NCBI GenBank assembly: GCA_028534125.1
Contig: CM052816.1
Span: 37,326,001 to 37,390,000, forward strand
Origin: Lama glama
Lineage: Eukaryota
Length of the DNA: 64,000 bases
Direction of reading: 5' to 3'
Each line of letters begins with the position of its first letter. Within the stretch, counting starts at the first letter, position 1. A program made the translations under genes and the position numbers. Shown here piece by piece: positions 52,046 to 64,000 of this stretch. The notes under the pieces are model-generated. The model had not been told where the DNA came from, ran no database searches, and was given only the letters and a program-made list of their open reading frames with translations.

Positions 52046-52984
52046 TCTGAACGATATCTTCATAGTAAATAGTAAAAAATAGGGTATTGATTAAATAAAT
52101 GATCTATAATTCATACAATGGACCAATTAATATTATTTTTCTTAATTGGGTAAATCTACATGTATTACAAATAAAAACCAATATATTTTTTAGTAACAGA
52201 AACAGGATTCAGGAGAGAATTTACAATGTTTTCCCAGTTGTACAAAAAAGAACACATCTTCAAAAATATCTGTGCGTATACTTGTATATGCATAAATGGC
52301 TTCTGCAGGAACAAATATGAAGCCAGTGACAGTATTTCTAGAAGAATGGAAGAGTGAGTATTGGGACTTGTACATACATATGGGAATGCATGTTTTTAAT
52401 CTAATCTGACTCCTTCCATCCTTAAAGAATGCATATAATTGTTACCATAGCAACTAATATAATTGACTTTATTATTTTAATGTTTCCTATTACTTACCAG
52501 GTGTTTCAGTTTGTTATTTCATCCTTTCTGTTCTTTTTTTGTGTGTGTGAACAAAATGTCATTTTCATACTTTAATTCTGAATTTACCTTGATTCACCTA
52601 TTTTGTTTATGCATCAGTTAACAATTGTCTCCCTTTCTTCAAGACTCATGAAAAAAAATTTTTTAAATTCTAAAAAAATGGAAAATATTTTGTTTCAATC
52701 AAATTTCTCTGGTCTACCTCTTTTTTTTTAATCTGTTTCAAAAATAATAAGTCATTTGGATACTTGAAACCCCTAATTGTATTATTTTTCCCCATTAGCA
52801 AATAAAACTTTTGAAACTTTTCTGCTTCCCTCTTCCTTCAAACATATGATTTCTGTGTTTTCTAGTAGAAATAAGTACTTTACTTCTAAAATATTATTAA
52901 AATGTTCATTATTTTTGTATTTCAAAAACCCTCATGAAATACTTATACAACACATCCCTATACTTCATCATTATCTAACAGTAT

Positions 52985-53340
52985 ATAACATTTCATTGTC
53001 GTATCAACTGTAAGACCCACCATTGTTTTAAGGACTATAGAAAAGAATAAAACACTCCCCATAAAATTACTCCACAATGTTCCCATTCACTAGATTTGTT
53101 TTAATTCTGTCAACACTGAAAAACTAATTTTAGAACTATTTAATATGTTTATAATATATCATTCTTATATATCAAAAATTTTACAAGCACAGCTTATTAC
53201 TAGAAATCCTTTATTTTCTAAGTCAATTGCTGTGAATACCTTCCACTCAGAGTCATGGATTGCTAAAGTTTTCCCACAAGATGTCATCATCCTCTGTGGG
53301 ATTTAGAGCACTGGTGATGCAGACATCTCAAAAGAGGAGT
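52985..53340 (-). mobile_element. Tc1/mariner-superfamily (Tc2/pogo, Kanga-like) DNA transposon 3' end
   Basis: Minus-strand peptide CITSALNPTEDDDILWEN (~53268-53321) resembles the pogo/Tc2 transposase C-terminal motif C-I-x-N-A-L-D-G-T-E-D-D-x-x-W. Subterminal TGTAAGACCCACC. Confidence 0.6.
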
Positions 53341-54849
53341 CCATTCTTGTATTCGGTGGGATGGCTGTTTCCCGTCAGATCAAAAGTCTTCTGCTCTTCA
53401 GTCTCTTCATATTTTTCTAGCTGCAAATTTGGAAAAGATTCAGTCAGTCTCTTTGATTTCACATCAACTGAAGGTGTTCAGAAATCTTCACGCACGATTA
53501 TTGCACCGTTCTCCCAGGGAGTCCATAAATCTCAGTGTGCCAAATTTGACCTGAGATCCACTTTGTTCTGGTTCTCAACACAGGACTGTCAGCCAGGGGA
53601 TCACAGGCTCTCATCTATCAGAAAACTGCACCAGCTTTCTTCTTCAGGTTTCCAGCAGAGTCTGAGTTCTCGCTTACCTTTTGGACCCAGATGCTAATTG
53701 GCTCAGGAAAGGCATCTCAGGACTTGGAAGTAAAAATGAATCTGATGCATTAAAGTTGTCATTTTCCTGGAATCCTTTGTGTATTTACATATTTATATTT
53801 TGTATATTCTATAACTTCTATGTTCTTTAATTTACTTTTATTATGTCCCTTTTTTGTTGGTTTTGATTCCTTATTTCCTTCCCCAGCATTTCTTCTTCAT
53901 GGAATAAGAATATTTTTACATTTTTATGAAAATAATATATCATGTTCAAATCCCACTCATTTATTAAACTTCAGAATGTCCCATGAATACTATAGAGATT
54001 CCTTTGATATTTATCATCATCAATGAGCTCTTTCGTATCCTGGTTGTGATGAGCCAGCTCCCCCCCAGATACAGATGAAGAGCAAGTGCGGCACTGGCCT
54101 GATCTCAAACTCCACCACCTCCACCGTCATCTCTGCTTCTGCCAACACGGCTTTAAAAATCCCTTAGAATAAACCTAACATTAATAATAGTTCACATTTG
54201 TATGTTTCTTTACCACCTGAAAATCACACTAATAATGCACAAGCTACTCTCTCTCATCTCTCATTCTTTTCTCCAGTCAAAAAACTTCACATCATTCAGC
54301 CCTGCTTGTCAAGCCCACAATTGATAGCAACTTTAGAAAAACACTTTTTTACCTTTGCAAATAATGGAAGTTCCTTCAGTCTATTTGGCAAGGTAACAAT
54401 TGAGTCTATTACCTAAAGTCTATCCGCTGTATGATTCACTTCTTTGAAATAAACATCCTAGGTTCAGCTCACTGGTATTTTCCTTGCAGTGTACCTTGCT
54501 ACATAATTGGCTTCTCTCCTTTCAAACTGTGCTATTGTTGCTCATGTTTACAAAAAGCCAGGGTGACTTGACAGGTTTGTTGATTTATTTGTTTTGTTTT
54601 TTTTAATTCCTAACATGGTTTTCCAGAGCTTTTTTTTTTTCTTCTTCTTTAGATTTCCTGTTTTCTTCATTTATCAAGAAGGTCTTTTTCAATCATTTTG
54701 TAGACATTTCATATTTTCTCCATTATCATTTCTGAATTTTGAGCCTAAAGACCTTGTGATTTTACATCTATTAACTCTAGATTTCTGTGAAGAAAATCAC
54801 CTCTGCTTTTCTTTTTACCATGTGCTTTTCTCCTCATGTTTGTTCTGTT

Positions 54850-55465
54850 ATTATTTATTTATTCATTTATTATTGAAGTACTGTCAGTTACAATGTATCA
54901 ATTTCTGGTGTACAGCAATGTCCCAGTCATGCATATACATACATATATTCATTATCATATTCTTTTTCATTAAAGGTTATTATAAGATATTGAATATATT
55001 TCCCTGTGCTATACAGAAGAAACTTATTGTCTTTTTTAAAAATCTATTTTTATATATAGTGGCTAACATTTATAAATCTCAAACTCCCAAATTTATCCCT
55101 TCCCTTTCCCCTGGTAACCATAAGAATTTTTACTATATCTGCAAGTCTATTTCTGTTTTGTAGATGAGTTCATTAGTGTCCTCCTTTTTCTTTTTTTTGG
55201 ACTCCTCGTATAGGTGATATCATATGGTATTTTTCTTTTTTTCTGGCTTACTTCACTTAGAATGATGATCTGTGTGTTCATCCATGTTGCTGCAAATGGC
55301 ATCGTTTATTCTTTTTTTGGCTGAGAAGTGTTACATTGTATAAATATACCACAACTTCTTCATCCAGTCATCTGTTGATGGACATTTAGGTTGTTTCCAT
55401 GTCTTGGCTATTGTATATAGTGCTGCTATGAACATTGGAGTGCATATTTCTTTTCTATTTAGATT
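54850..55465 (-). mobile_element. Lineage-specific L1 3' end, 5'-truncated
   Basis: TTTATTATTGAAGTACTGTCAGTTACAATG...TCTGGCTTACTTCACTTAGAATGA...TCCATGTCTTGGCTATTGTATATAGTGCTGCTATGAACATTGG. Confidence 0.9.
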
Positions 55466-56692
55466 TCCTTTATCATAATTCTAGTAAATTCAAGGCCCCC
55501 AAAGTAAGAATACCTACTAGGTATCCACCATAAAGTAACATCTTGAAATAGAAAGTTGAATAAGTTATAATTTGTAAGGAGAAGATATGTGTAATACTAC
55601 TATAAAATCATGTAATGTCCTTTAATTGGTGCACTTACCAAAATTAGAGCTATGACCAAGGAAGAGATGATAAATGCCTGGAATGGATGGGGGGGACAAT
55701 CATAGGGAAAAAGTTATTTAAGAATAAATAGCAGAGTCTGATATAGATATAGGCTAAAAAAATATGGAACTGTCTTCAAATATATAGCTGCTTTGAAGGC
55801 CTAATGACTCTCAAAGCCTATTAACTGAAAAGAAAGAGAGGGAGAATAATAAACAAAAAACAGAATGCCCATTCATAAGGTACTTGCATTCCCTAGTCTC
55901 TGAGGAAAGAAATATTAGAACGATAAAAAGGAAGACATAATGAATTTTGAGTGGGAGGATATTCACCTTTCACATTGAAGTTACCAGTTTTCAAAATGTT
56001 TTCTAAACATTTCTGCAGAATTATTTTCAGCACCAATTTATGAATATAATGAAGAAACTGTTCTTAATACTAGATAAACTTTCCTTATTTTTACCTAAAA
56101 GTATTACATAGGTTGATGTATTTATTCACTAAACATTGTGCCAAATAAAATATGACTATTTCAAGAATATATGTCTAAAAGCTAAAAAATGTTTTATAAT
56201 TTAAAGCAAGCCAAAATTTCAGAAAGTTAAGAAGAAAATCTCCAATAAGGTGTTAAAAAAAATGGGTAGGGCAAGACTATCAAGATGGGAAACGTGTCAG
56301 ATTGGCAGGATCTTGACCACATTTGGAAAGATCCGCTATTTCCTAAAATTATATAATCTAACGTAGCATCTAGCTTCGCTATTTTGAAGTTCCTTTGCCA
56401 TCAAGATAGAAATAGAGTTAGACTAAAGAACTATTGATATATATAAAATTTTCTCAGATCTAGGGTGCTTAAATTCCAGTAAATCAGAAAATTACTAGTA
56501 GTTTTTTCGTCAGTTTCTTAAATTTCCTCTGTGTACTCTTTTTTGAATTGTAGCCAGTTGACTATCCTTTAATGTTATCATAGAAATCTCTTTTTACTTA
56601 TTGAGCAGTAATAATTTTGAGTGCCTTAAATTACAACAGCCTACTAGAGTTGAGGTCTTTGCATCTCATTGACATCAATTGCATGGGGTCTT

Positions 56693-56848
56693 TTTTTTTT
56701 TTTTTGTATGAGTCAGAGACTTTATTTATTTTTTAAGAGCATTTTATTTTTTATTTTTCCCCTTAACAGAGACACTGGAAATTGAACCCAGGACCTCATG
56801 CATGCCAAGCATGTAGTCTACCATTAAGCTTTATCTGCTACCCGCCTG
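56693..56848 (-). mobile_element. tRNA-derived SINE (camelid-type)
   Basis: CTGGAAATTGAACCCAGGACCTCATGCATGCCAAGCATGTAGTCTACCATTAAGCT is the reverse complement of the SINE head. T-rich tail; near-TSD ATGGGGTCTT / ATGAGGTCTT. Confidence 0.85.
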
Positions 56849-57045
56849 ATGAGGTCTTGATACAGATAAACCATTATCCTGTCAGTAGCTGACTACTTGA
56901 AGTCCTTTGCTTGAGGTAACAGCCATATTCCAAATTGCAGTCTATCAGAAAATATATGTTTATTAATGATCCAAACTATATAAGTTCAAATTTCTTTGAT
57001 ACTCCTAAGAAAATTAATAAATTTACTGAAGATAAAGTATCATCT

Positions 57046-57183
57046 GGAGGGGAAGATACAGCTCAGTGGTAGACTGCATGCCTAGCATGCACGAGGTCCT
57101 GGGTTCAATCCTCAGTACTTCCATTAAACAAACAAACAAACAAACCTACTTACCCTCCCCCCCAAAAAAACAAGTAAAAATGT
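57046..57183 (+). mobile_element. tRNA-derived SINE (camelid-type)
   Basis: GGAGGGGAAGATACAGCTCAGTGGTAGACTGCATGCCTAGCATGCACGAGGTCCTGGGTTCAATCC (Pol III A and B boxes), then (AAAC)n, a C-run and an A tail. TSD TATCATCT at 57038-57045 and 57184-57191. Confidence 0.92.
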
Positions 57184-60100
57184 TATCATCTACATATGTG
57201 ACTTTTATTGACTAACTAGCAAGGATGTTGGTATTTTTTTCTGTAATTTGAGCTGTGTAGATCCTATATCTGCTCTAACTCTCATCTGGGGGTATGGTGA
57301 TGGAGAAATGTGAAAAAGCAAAGAGAATCCATCCTGATATCTCTGGATTGTCTTCAGCAAGCTCCCTGTTGCCCACATTCATGTCTGCCTTTGATCAGAA
57401 GAGGCTCTACTTTTCCCTCTTCTAGTTCCTGCCTTGGCTACCATTTCCTGTGCATGAAATATATGAAAATCTAAAAAGATGTTCTTTATGAAAAGTTTTT
57501 GATGATTGTATCTAGAACATATAGGAGAATAAAAGTTGAAATCAAGACACGCAGATCCATTCATACAGAGACTCCCACAAAGACTCACACGCATATCCCA
57601 CAGGCTTTAATTTCTCCAGTTTAGTGAACTTTGATCTTTAATATCTTATGAAAGTTTGAGACCTCTCTGGCTAAATTAGCAAGAGTTCCCATATGTTTTA
57701 TATATGAGACTGATTTTCACAGAGACCGTGCGATCTGGACTTGAGTTATTTGTCTTTATTATGCTAAAGGAAAATCTAAATTCTTCCCTATTTTGGATTA
57801 TAAAAAAAAATTGAAGTCCTTTTCAATTAATTTGTTCTCTGACGATACTAGTGCTAATCACTCCTTTCACTTTCCTAACCACGTCCTCCCAGGGTGAATA
57901 GGAAGAAGATGGGCTATGAGGACTGGCAGGGCTGTAGTCCTTCCCACGTTATCGGGGCAGCTCTCTCTTTAGATACTAGTATCCCTTGTGCTCTTCAGTA
58001 AGGCAGTGAAACTAATGAATTAAATCACTTTGCACATAGTTCTTTTATGGCTTTATTTTTAATTCCACTCACCCTCCTATGGAGGAATAGACTTATATAA
58101 GGAACTGACCAGGTTTCCAAATGAATTTTTGTTTGTTTCAACAGTAACCTCAAGAACCACACTTAAAGTAAATGTACCCCCTGATATTACAGTTCTGTGC
58201 TTCTTCTGATCTGCATTTGACCATTACTAGCTTGGAGAACTGCTTTGATTTAGTGCCTTACACTCTTTTCCCTCAGACCTAATTATCAACTGCACTTTGA
58301 CTGTTCACATTAAGGACCTTTCCTTAGTTCTACCACAGCAGAGTTCCTGTTTGTTTTTTTGCCATATCCGAAGTTATTAATAGACATTTTGATTATGTAA
58401 CATTAACAACATGATCCGTTAGGTAGCAGTTTTCATACTTGATTTTTTGTGTTGGTGAGTCATTCTTTGTTTTAGGATGGTTGCTGTAAAATATAGAAGT
58501 CTTTATAAATACAAGTATTGATTCTTTTGTCTAATTCAATCCAGTCTGTATATGGAATTCGTTCCATCGTTTGAAGATATGTTTGTACTTTCTGTGATCA
58601 TTTTTGAAGGCCTCCAAATCCCTGTTGTTGGATACCTTAAATCTTGCCCTTTTAAAAATGTTTTTGAAGTTGCAAAAAGTGACTCCATGCTTTCCTTTTC
58701 TTTTAAAATATATTAAGTTATTGAGACGGCTTCACATTTACCCTACTGAAAACTGCAAATCTATAATTTACAGAAACTATGTATCTCTCTCTGTCTTCTT
58801 TTCTCATGGAGAGAAAAAGTCCCAAATAGTATAAATATTTATTCAGTTGAGTAAGTATTAATTTTCATCAATATTTTTCCTAGTAATCTTTTTCAGTATG
58901 GCCATTAGTATAATATGCACATATTTTTAAAACCCCATATTTACTGGAAAAGGGAGAAATAGTATCCATTTCCTTAAAATAATGTATAATAATTATGATG
59001 TGAAAGTAGGACATTGCTGAGCATTTTCTTCTCAAGATGAATGGCACCGTGGCATCCATTTAATACAAGAAAATGATACAAAGAGTGGGCAAAATTTGTA
59101 AGTTACAAAGAAGTAAAGCAATACTTCTTCTTTTCTTATTTTAAAATCATTATTAAAAGAAATAACAAAAATATCAAACATTGAAATAATTAGGGAAAAA
59201 TTACACACGTCTGCATTATTATGTAGAATTCAAGGGGTAAGCAACATGATTTTGAGTAAAATGTGTGTTGATTTTTCTGCATGATACCAATTAAATACAT
59301 TTGAAAAATCACCAAAAAATTCAATATTGTCTTTGTAAAACAGATTTGTACAAAAGATTAAAATGACTCAAAAGATATACACCAGAAAATTACTTTCTTT
59401 ATTTCTAAGGAGTGAGGCAGAATGATTAAAGGAGACTTTAACTTTTAAAGTTATTCTTAAAAGACAATCAGAATTACTTGTATAGTTTTTTTTTCTTTGA
59501 AATTATATAGTCGCTAAAAGCTGAAATAAACATAGTAATTGATTTCTAGCATTTGGAAGGACCTTAAGCTATGTCTAAACAAAAACAAAATTAAAGCTTA
59601 TATTTTTATTTAAATTAAAATTTGAAGATATCATTGAAATGAAAATTAAATGCAAATGTGCAGATACATAAAATTTAAATTTGAAAACATATAAATTGAC
59701 ATGCAATAGGGTCTACATATGAACAATTGAAAGGAAAGTAAGAGATAAAGGTTTGCTAAAGGAAGTCAGATCCTTAAGGTAATTTTTCAGAAACAAATGA
59801 ATGCAAAAGAAATTGTAAAGAATTTAACTAGAAGATGAATTAGCACAAATAAAACAAAATCTTTGTGTGTTCCTATGTAGTATATATGAGGAATGTGTGG
59901 ATTTGTGTGTGTTACACCACTGAAGTTTAACCCTACTCTTTTACAAATTATCAGTTTCCTTCCTATCAATGTTTCTGTAAAATATGACTGGATTTTTATT
60001 GAAATACCTGAAATTTTGACTGGCCATTGGCAAATTAATCTTTGTAGATAATTCTGTCTTTATACTGATAGGTATGGTTGAGTTCTAGTTGCAACACTGC

Positions 60101-63100
60101 ATTTGTTTGTGGAAAAGGCTGAATTCCTGCCGCCATATTACAGGTTTCCCCTGCTATCCAAGAGTAGAGGGCACCTATCAACCCTTTCAAAAGCAGAAAA
60201 GGTGTGTAAAGTGAAGCAGCCATTACCTTACAATGCATCTTGCTAATGGATGCACAAAAGAAATTGAGATAAAGTAAAGATCCTCACAGACATAGTTCAG
60301 AGCAATGGCTGCTTGATGTTGAGATGCTTAATGTAGCTCCTGGGGAAAGCTTGGCCCTGCACACTCACTGCTAGGGTGAGTGCTGCCTCTGTAATGGCTC
60401 ACTACAAAACATTTAACACTGTTTTCACTTTTAGCCTCTCTTTGTAAAAGCAAAAGCCTCTTTGGATTTCTTTTGGTTAGTGAAAACAGGTACTAACATG
60501 GGTCTTTCATCAACGCTAAGTGATATAAAGTGGAGTTTCAAAGAGTGGAGGATACCTGTTTATCTAAGTCCATAAAAATATAGCCACCTTTCAGAGAGTC
60601 AGACAATGATGTCAGAAAAAAAAAATCAGCGAAATTATCAACCTCCTTTATAGGTGGAAAACCATGAGTGGCTTTCAGCAGATGGTAATTTCAACTTGCT
60701 ATTTTGACCATGCCTATGTCACACTGCTTTTAAGCCTGATCTTACAATGAATCATAAAAAAGAAATAGTCCCAAGAGAACAGTGCTTGTGTGTTATATAT
60801 ATCCAATTCACCAGTGAAACTAAACCTGAAAACTTAATTTATTCTTCTTGAACTTCTTGGGAAATAGAAAGTGGGGGTAGATACTATAGCAGCTGGAAAT
60901 TTTTGTAATTTTAAAAATCATGACACAGGGACAAATCTAATTTATGACAAATGAAATATAATAATGAAAACATACACAATTAAAACTTTTAGAAAAGATA
61001 AAATAGATATTTCAGATCTTTATAATTTTTACATGAGGATAAAGACAGGACCTTCTAAGAGATATAATTCAGTTTAATTTTAGATGAATCTTTACAAGAT
61101 TAGATCAAAATGGGATCTTGTATTTTACCAATAACATACTTAAGTTAAAAAGCTAATGATTCAGCTTTGCAAATATCCACCTTGTCAAAATAAGTAACAG
61201 TTTGTTTTCAGAGGTATAAGAAAAGCTAATTAATATATTTATAAGGTAAAAAAAATACACTAGAAGCACTGAGGAAACATTTAAAGGAGCCTAAAGATAT
61301 TGAAACTACCAACATTAACAAAGAAAACCATATGTAAATTACATAAATCTGTTTACATTGATTTTCTTTCTAAACACAATCTTAGCTTCTGCACTTAAAA
61401 TTATCTCCTTTTATGAAGCTTCAAGCAGGATGCAATTTCCATCCTTATGTGCCACCTGTGGAAGTGTGTCACTTTACCAGGATTCACAAGACTGGTTGGC
61501 ACTTAAAATACCTTCTGTTAGTTTGGGAAAATTTTTTGTTTGGTTTTGGTTTTAAAAAATAATTGGGATGAACTGCATAAGTATGTTTTATCAAGACAAG
61601 TTTTGCCATTTACTTTAATGATAGAAAATTAAGCGTAACATGAGCAGAGTGTTTAAAGCATACATTTTAGTATATTCAAATATAATGTCCAGGGTTTCCC
61701 ATTTTACCCATAGATTTGCCTAAGGTCATGTAATAAATTGATGACAGTATACAAGCCAAAAATTCTCTCTCTGGAAGTTTAAAATGAGATACATTGGTAA
61801 TGAAAGCAAAGGGCACAATAACCAGTTAGAAAATACCAATAATTATATAGTAAAAATTATAATTGTGTAAATATTAGCAATTATAATTGTGAGGTCACAG
61901 GAGGAATGGAGTTTACTTAGGGACATTTCAAAGAAATCTTTTTTGCTTCAAGTGCTTCTTTCCATTAGAGTAGGGGAGTATGTTGCAATGATTTAACATT
62001 TGTTTGGGGCCAGCTTGGGTGTGAGGTAGGTTTTGACCCAGGCACAAAGTTAGTTTCAAAGACTAGTTAATACATCTATTTTTCTTCCTTTCTTTTTCCT
62101 TTCTTCCTTCCTTCCTTTGTAGAAGCTGGTTATCTAGGACCTACATATGAACAACTTTATATATGAATATTTTTTGTACTTGGTTTACTTGGGTTAGTAT
62201 GTAAACCAACCCAAGCACATTATCTTTAAGTTCCTTGAACACTGTGGCTCCTCCAATGTGTATGAATGACCGAGGCTTTGTAAATTAAAAGGCGTTTATG
62301 TGAATAAAGTTATTTCATTAGGTAAAAAAAAAAATATGTAAAATTTGAATTGTAAGTTCTTCAAGATGGAAAGAGAAATTTCAAACTTGCTTTAAGAGCA
62401 TACAGGTAACAGACACATTTCAGGAGGTATCTGTAACATGAATGTAGAGTTTTAGAAATCATACTAGAGGGAGATTGTGGGTGGCATGGGTTTTTCTACC
62501 AAAAGGGAGACATGGAGAAAATACTCCAAAGGATTAAAATGAATAGAATATTGCAAGAGTGTTTTGAAAGACAGACAACCTTTTCTAAAAGTATTTTTTC
62601 AGACCTTGATTTATACTATATAGATAATTCTTTCTTAAAATTTCAGTTTCGTAAATAAAATTTTGTGTCTAGATTGTCAATATTAAATCTGGAAAGTTCC
62701 TAGAATACTCAATAATATTTTTTCTATAATGTAATTTATTTCAAAGTAAAATGCTTACAGGAAATAATATAGAGTTCTTACATTAGTAGTTACCAGGAGG
62801 TGAAAAAAAATTGAAAGAAAAGTGATTCACAGTAAAGGACATTTTTGTCCAAAGAAAACCAAAAGTTTATTTGCAAATATTTAATATTCATTTACATGAT
62901 TGTTGTACAGTTGAAAATGCAGTCACTTTGCCTAATAAGTGAACCACTCAGCTTTCTTTATTTCCATAAGAGAGAGAAAAATATACCCTGCTATACCAAT
63001 TCTTAATAAGCCCTTAGAAATCTTGATGTAGTTTCATAAGAAGTACTCAGCAGTGACTCTGCTTTCCCACAGAATGCTCATTCCTCATTTTCAAGTATGA

Positions 63101-64000
63101 AAGACTAGAATACTGTTTATTCCACAGCAGGTAAATGAATATATGACACATTTAAAGTACATGTTAATAATGAACTTGCATATTTCCTGAGACAGTCTGT
63201 ACCGTCTTAAATTATACATTATCAGGAAATTACCAGTTTTGTCATGTTGCAAGATTGTTTCCTAAGAATAATATGTATTATATTCCAGGTGACTCATGTA
63301 TCTTTTGAAAATATTGTTTCTGATATTAGCTTTTATAGACTAATTTTTTAATGCAAAATGCACCTCTTTTGCTCATTATGTGGCAAAATTCTCATTGCCA
63401 GGACCAAAGGTTAATCTCATAACAGCACACAAGGACCTTAAGAGATTAAGTCTTCTCAGTATTGTATCAGTGCTGAAAGCAACATGGAAAACTAAGAGTG
63501 AAGAAATAAATAAACCACTCTAATGATGCAAATAATTTCTCAGTGCATGTTTTTTTCTGTTATTTATTTAATTCTCAAGGTACCTATTGGTAAATGCTTT
63601 AGTATATGTGGATTTAGTGGTATTTCAAAATACTTATTTTAAATAAAAATACAAAATACATAGCTTTCCTTGAGAATATCTCAACTCTTCCATAGGAATT
63701 TTCTATTGCTTTAACCCATTGCTTATATATTATGCAGAAAATTTCCTATGACTCTTAATTGTAAGCAGTCAGAACAGTGTTATATTGGAATGGAAAGTAT
63801 AAGCCTGTAGGTATTTGCATTGGAGTTGTATGGTTAGGTGCTAGATATGTTGACATAAAGATATATGACTATAGAAATTCTTAGGATGCTAAACTCTGAA
63901 TTAGAGAATATTTTGTCCCCTCAAATTTGACAACTCTTCCAGTGCCTGACTCTTGGCTTCCTTGAGGTCTCAGTTTAAATGCTGTCTTCTTATTTAAGGA

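Noticed and set aside
53260..53697. 145-aa plus-strand ORF
   Set aside because: TTG start, serine-rich, and it overlaps a transposon end; the more protein-like signal is on the opposite strand.
54594..55163. Longest ORF in the window (189 aa)
   Set aside because: F/I/L-rich low-complexity frame running through T-tracts and an antisense L1 3'UTR.
57046..57125. tRNA gene
   Set aside because: It has A/B boxes but also a SINE tail, a TSD and a second diverged copy nearby, so it is a tRNA-derived SINE.
62180..62215. Overlapping 8-9 bp inverted repeats (TTGGTTTAC/GTAAACCAA and CTTGGGTT/AACCCAAG)
   Set aside because: The stems are short enough to arise by chance, and there is no supporting context.
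1..64000. Prokaryote-style systems (CRISPR, operons) or a spliced host gene
   Set aside because: No regularly spaced repeats, no gene-dense organisation, and no exon chain with recognisable protein homology; small exons cannot be excluded by eye.

Overview
AT-rich mammalian nuclear DNA. It is most likely from a camelid (alpaca/llama/camel), inferred from the tRNA-derived SINEs and the young L1 3' ends. I can support no intact host protein-coding exon, RNA gene or CRISPR; the window reads as intergenic or deep-intronic DNA. It is dominated by interspersed repeats: old L1M, L2, MIR, MaLR (MLT1) and ERVL-type LTRs, a degraded two-LTR ERVL provirus (~39.2-42.8 kb), a Tc2/pogo DNA-transposon end, several lineage-specific L1 3' ends and two SINEs. 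There is a 100-N assembly gap at 29959-30058. The most unusual object is a TSD-flanked ~2.8 kb L1 (29110-31909, minus). It keeps the CpG-rich 5'UTR, ORF1 and the 3' end but lacks almost all of ORF2. Its internal junction falls exactly on a CAG in the ORF2 3' region, suggesting a spliced or half-L1 type non-autonomous element. Several repeat-free, CpG-retaining, motif-dense blocks are candidate enhancers. Repeat subfamily names come from recalled consensus similarity, and boundaries are approximate unless a TSD is quoted.
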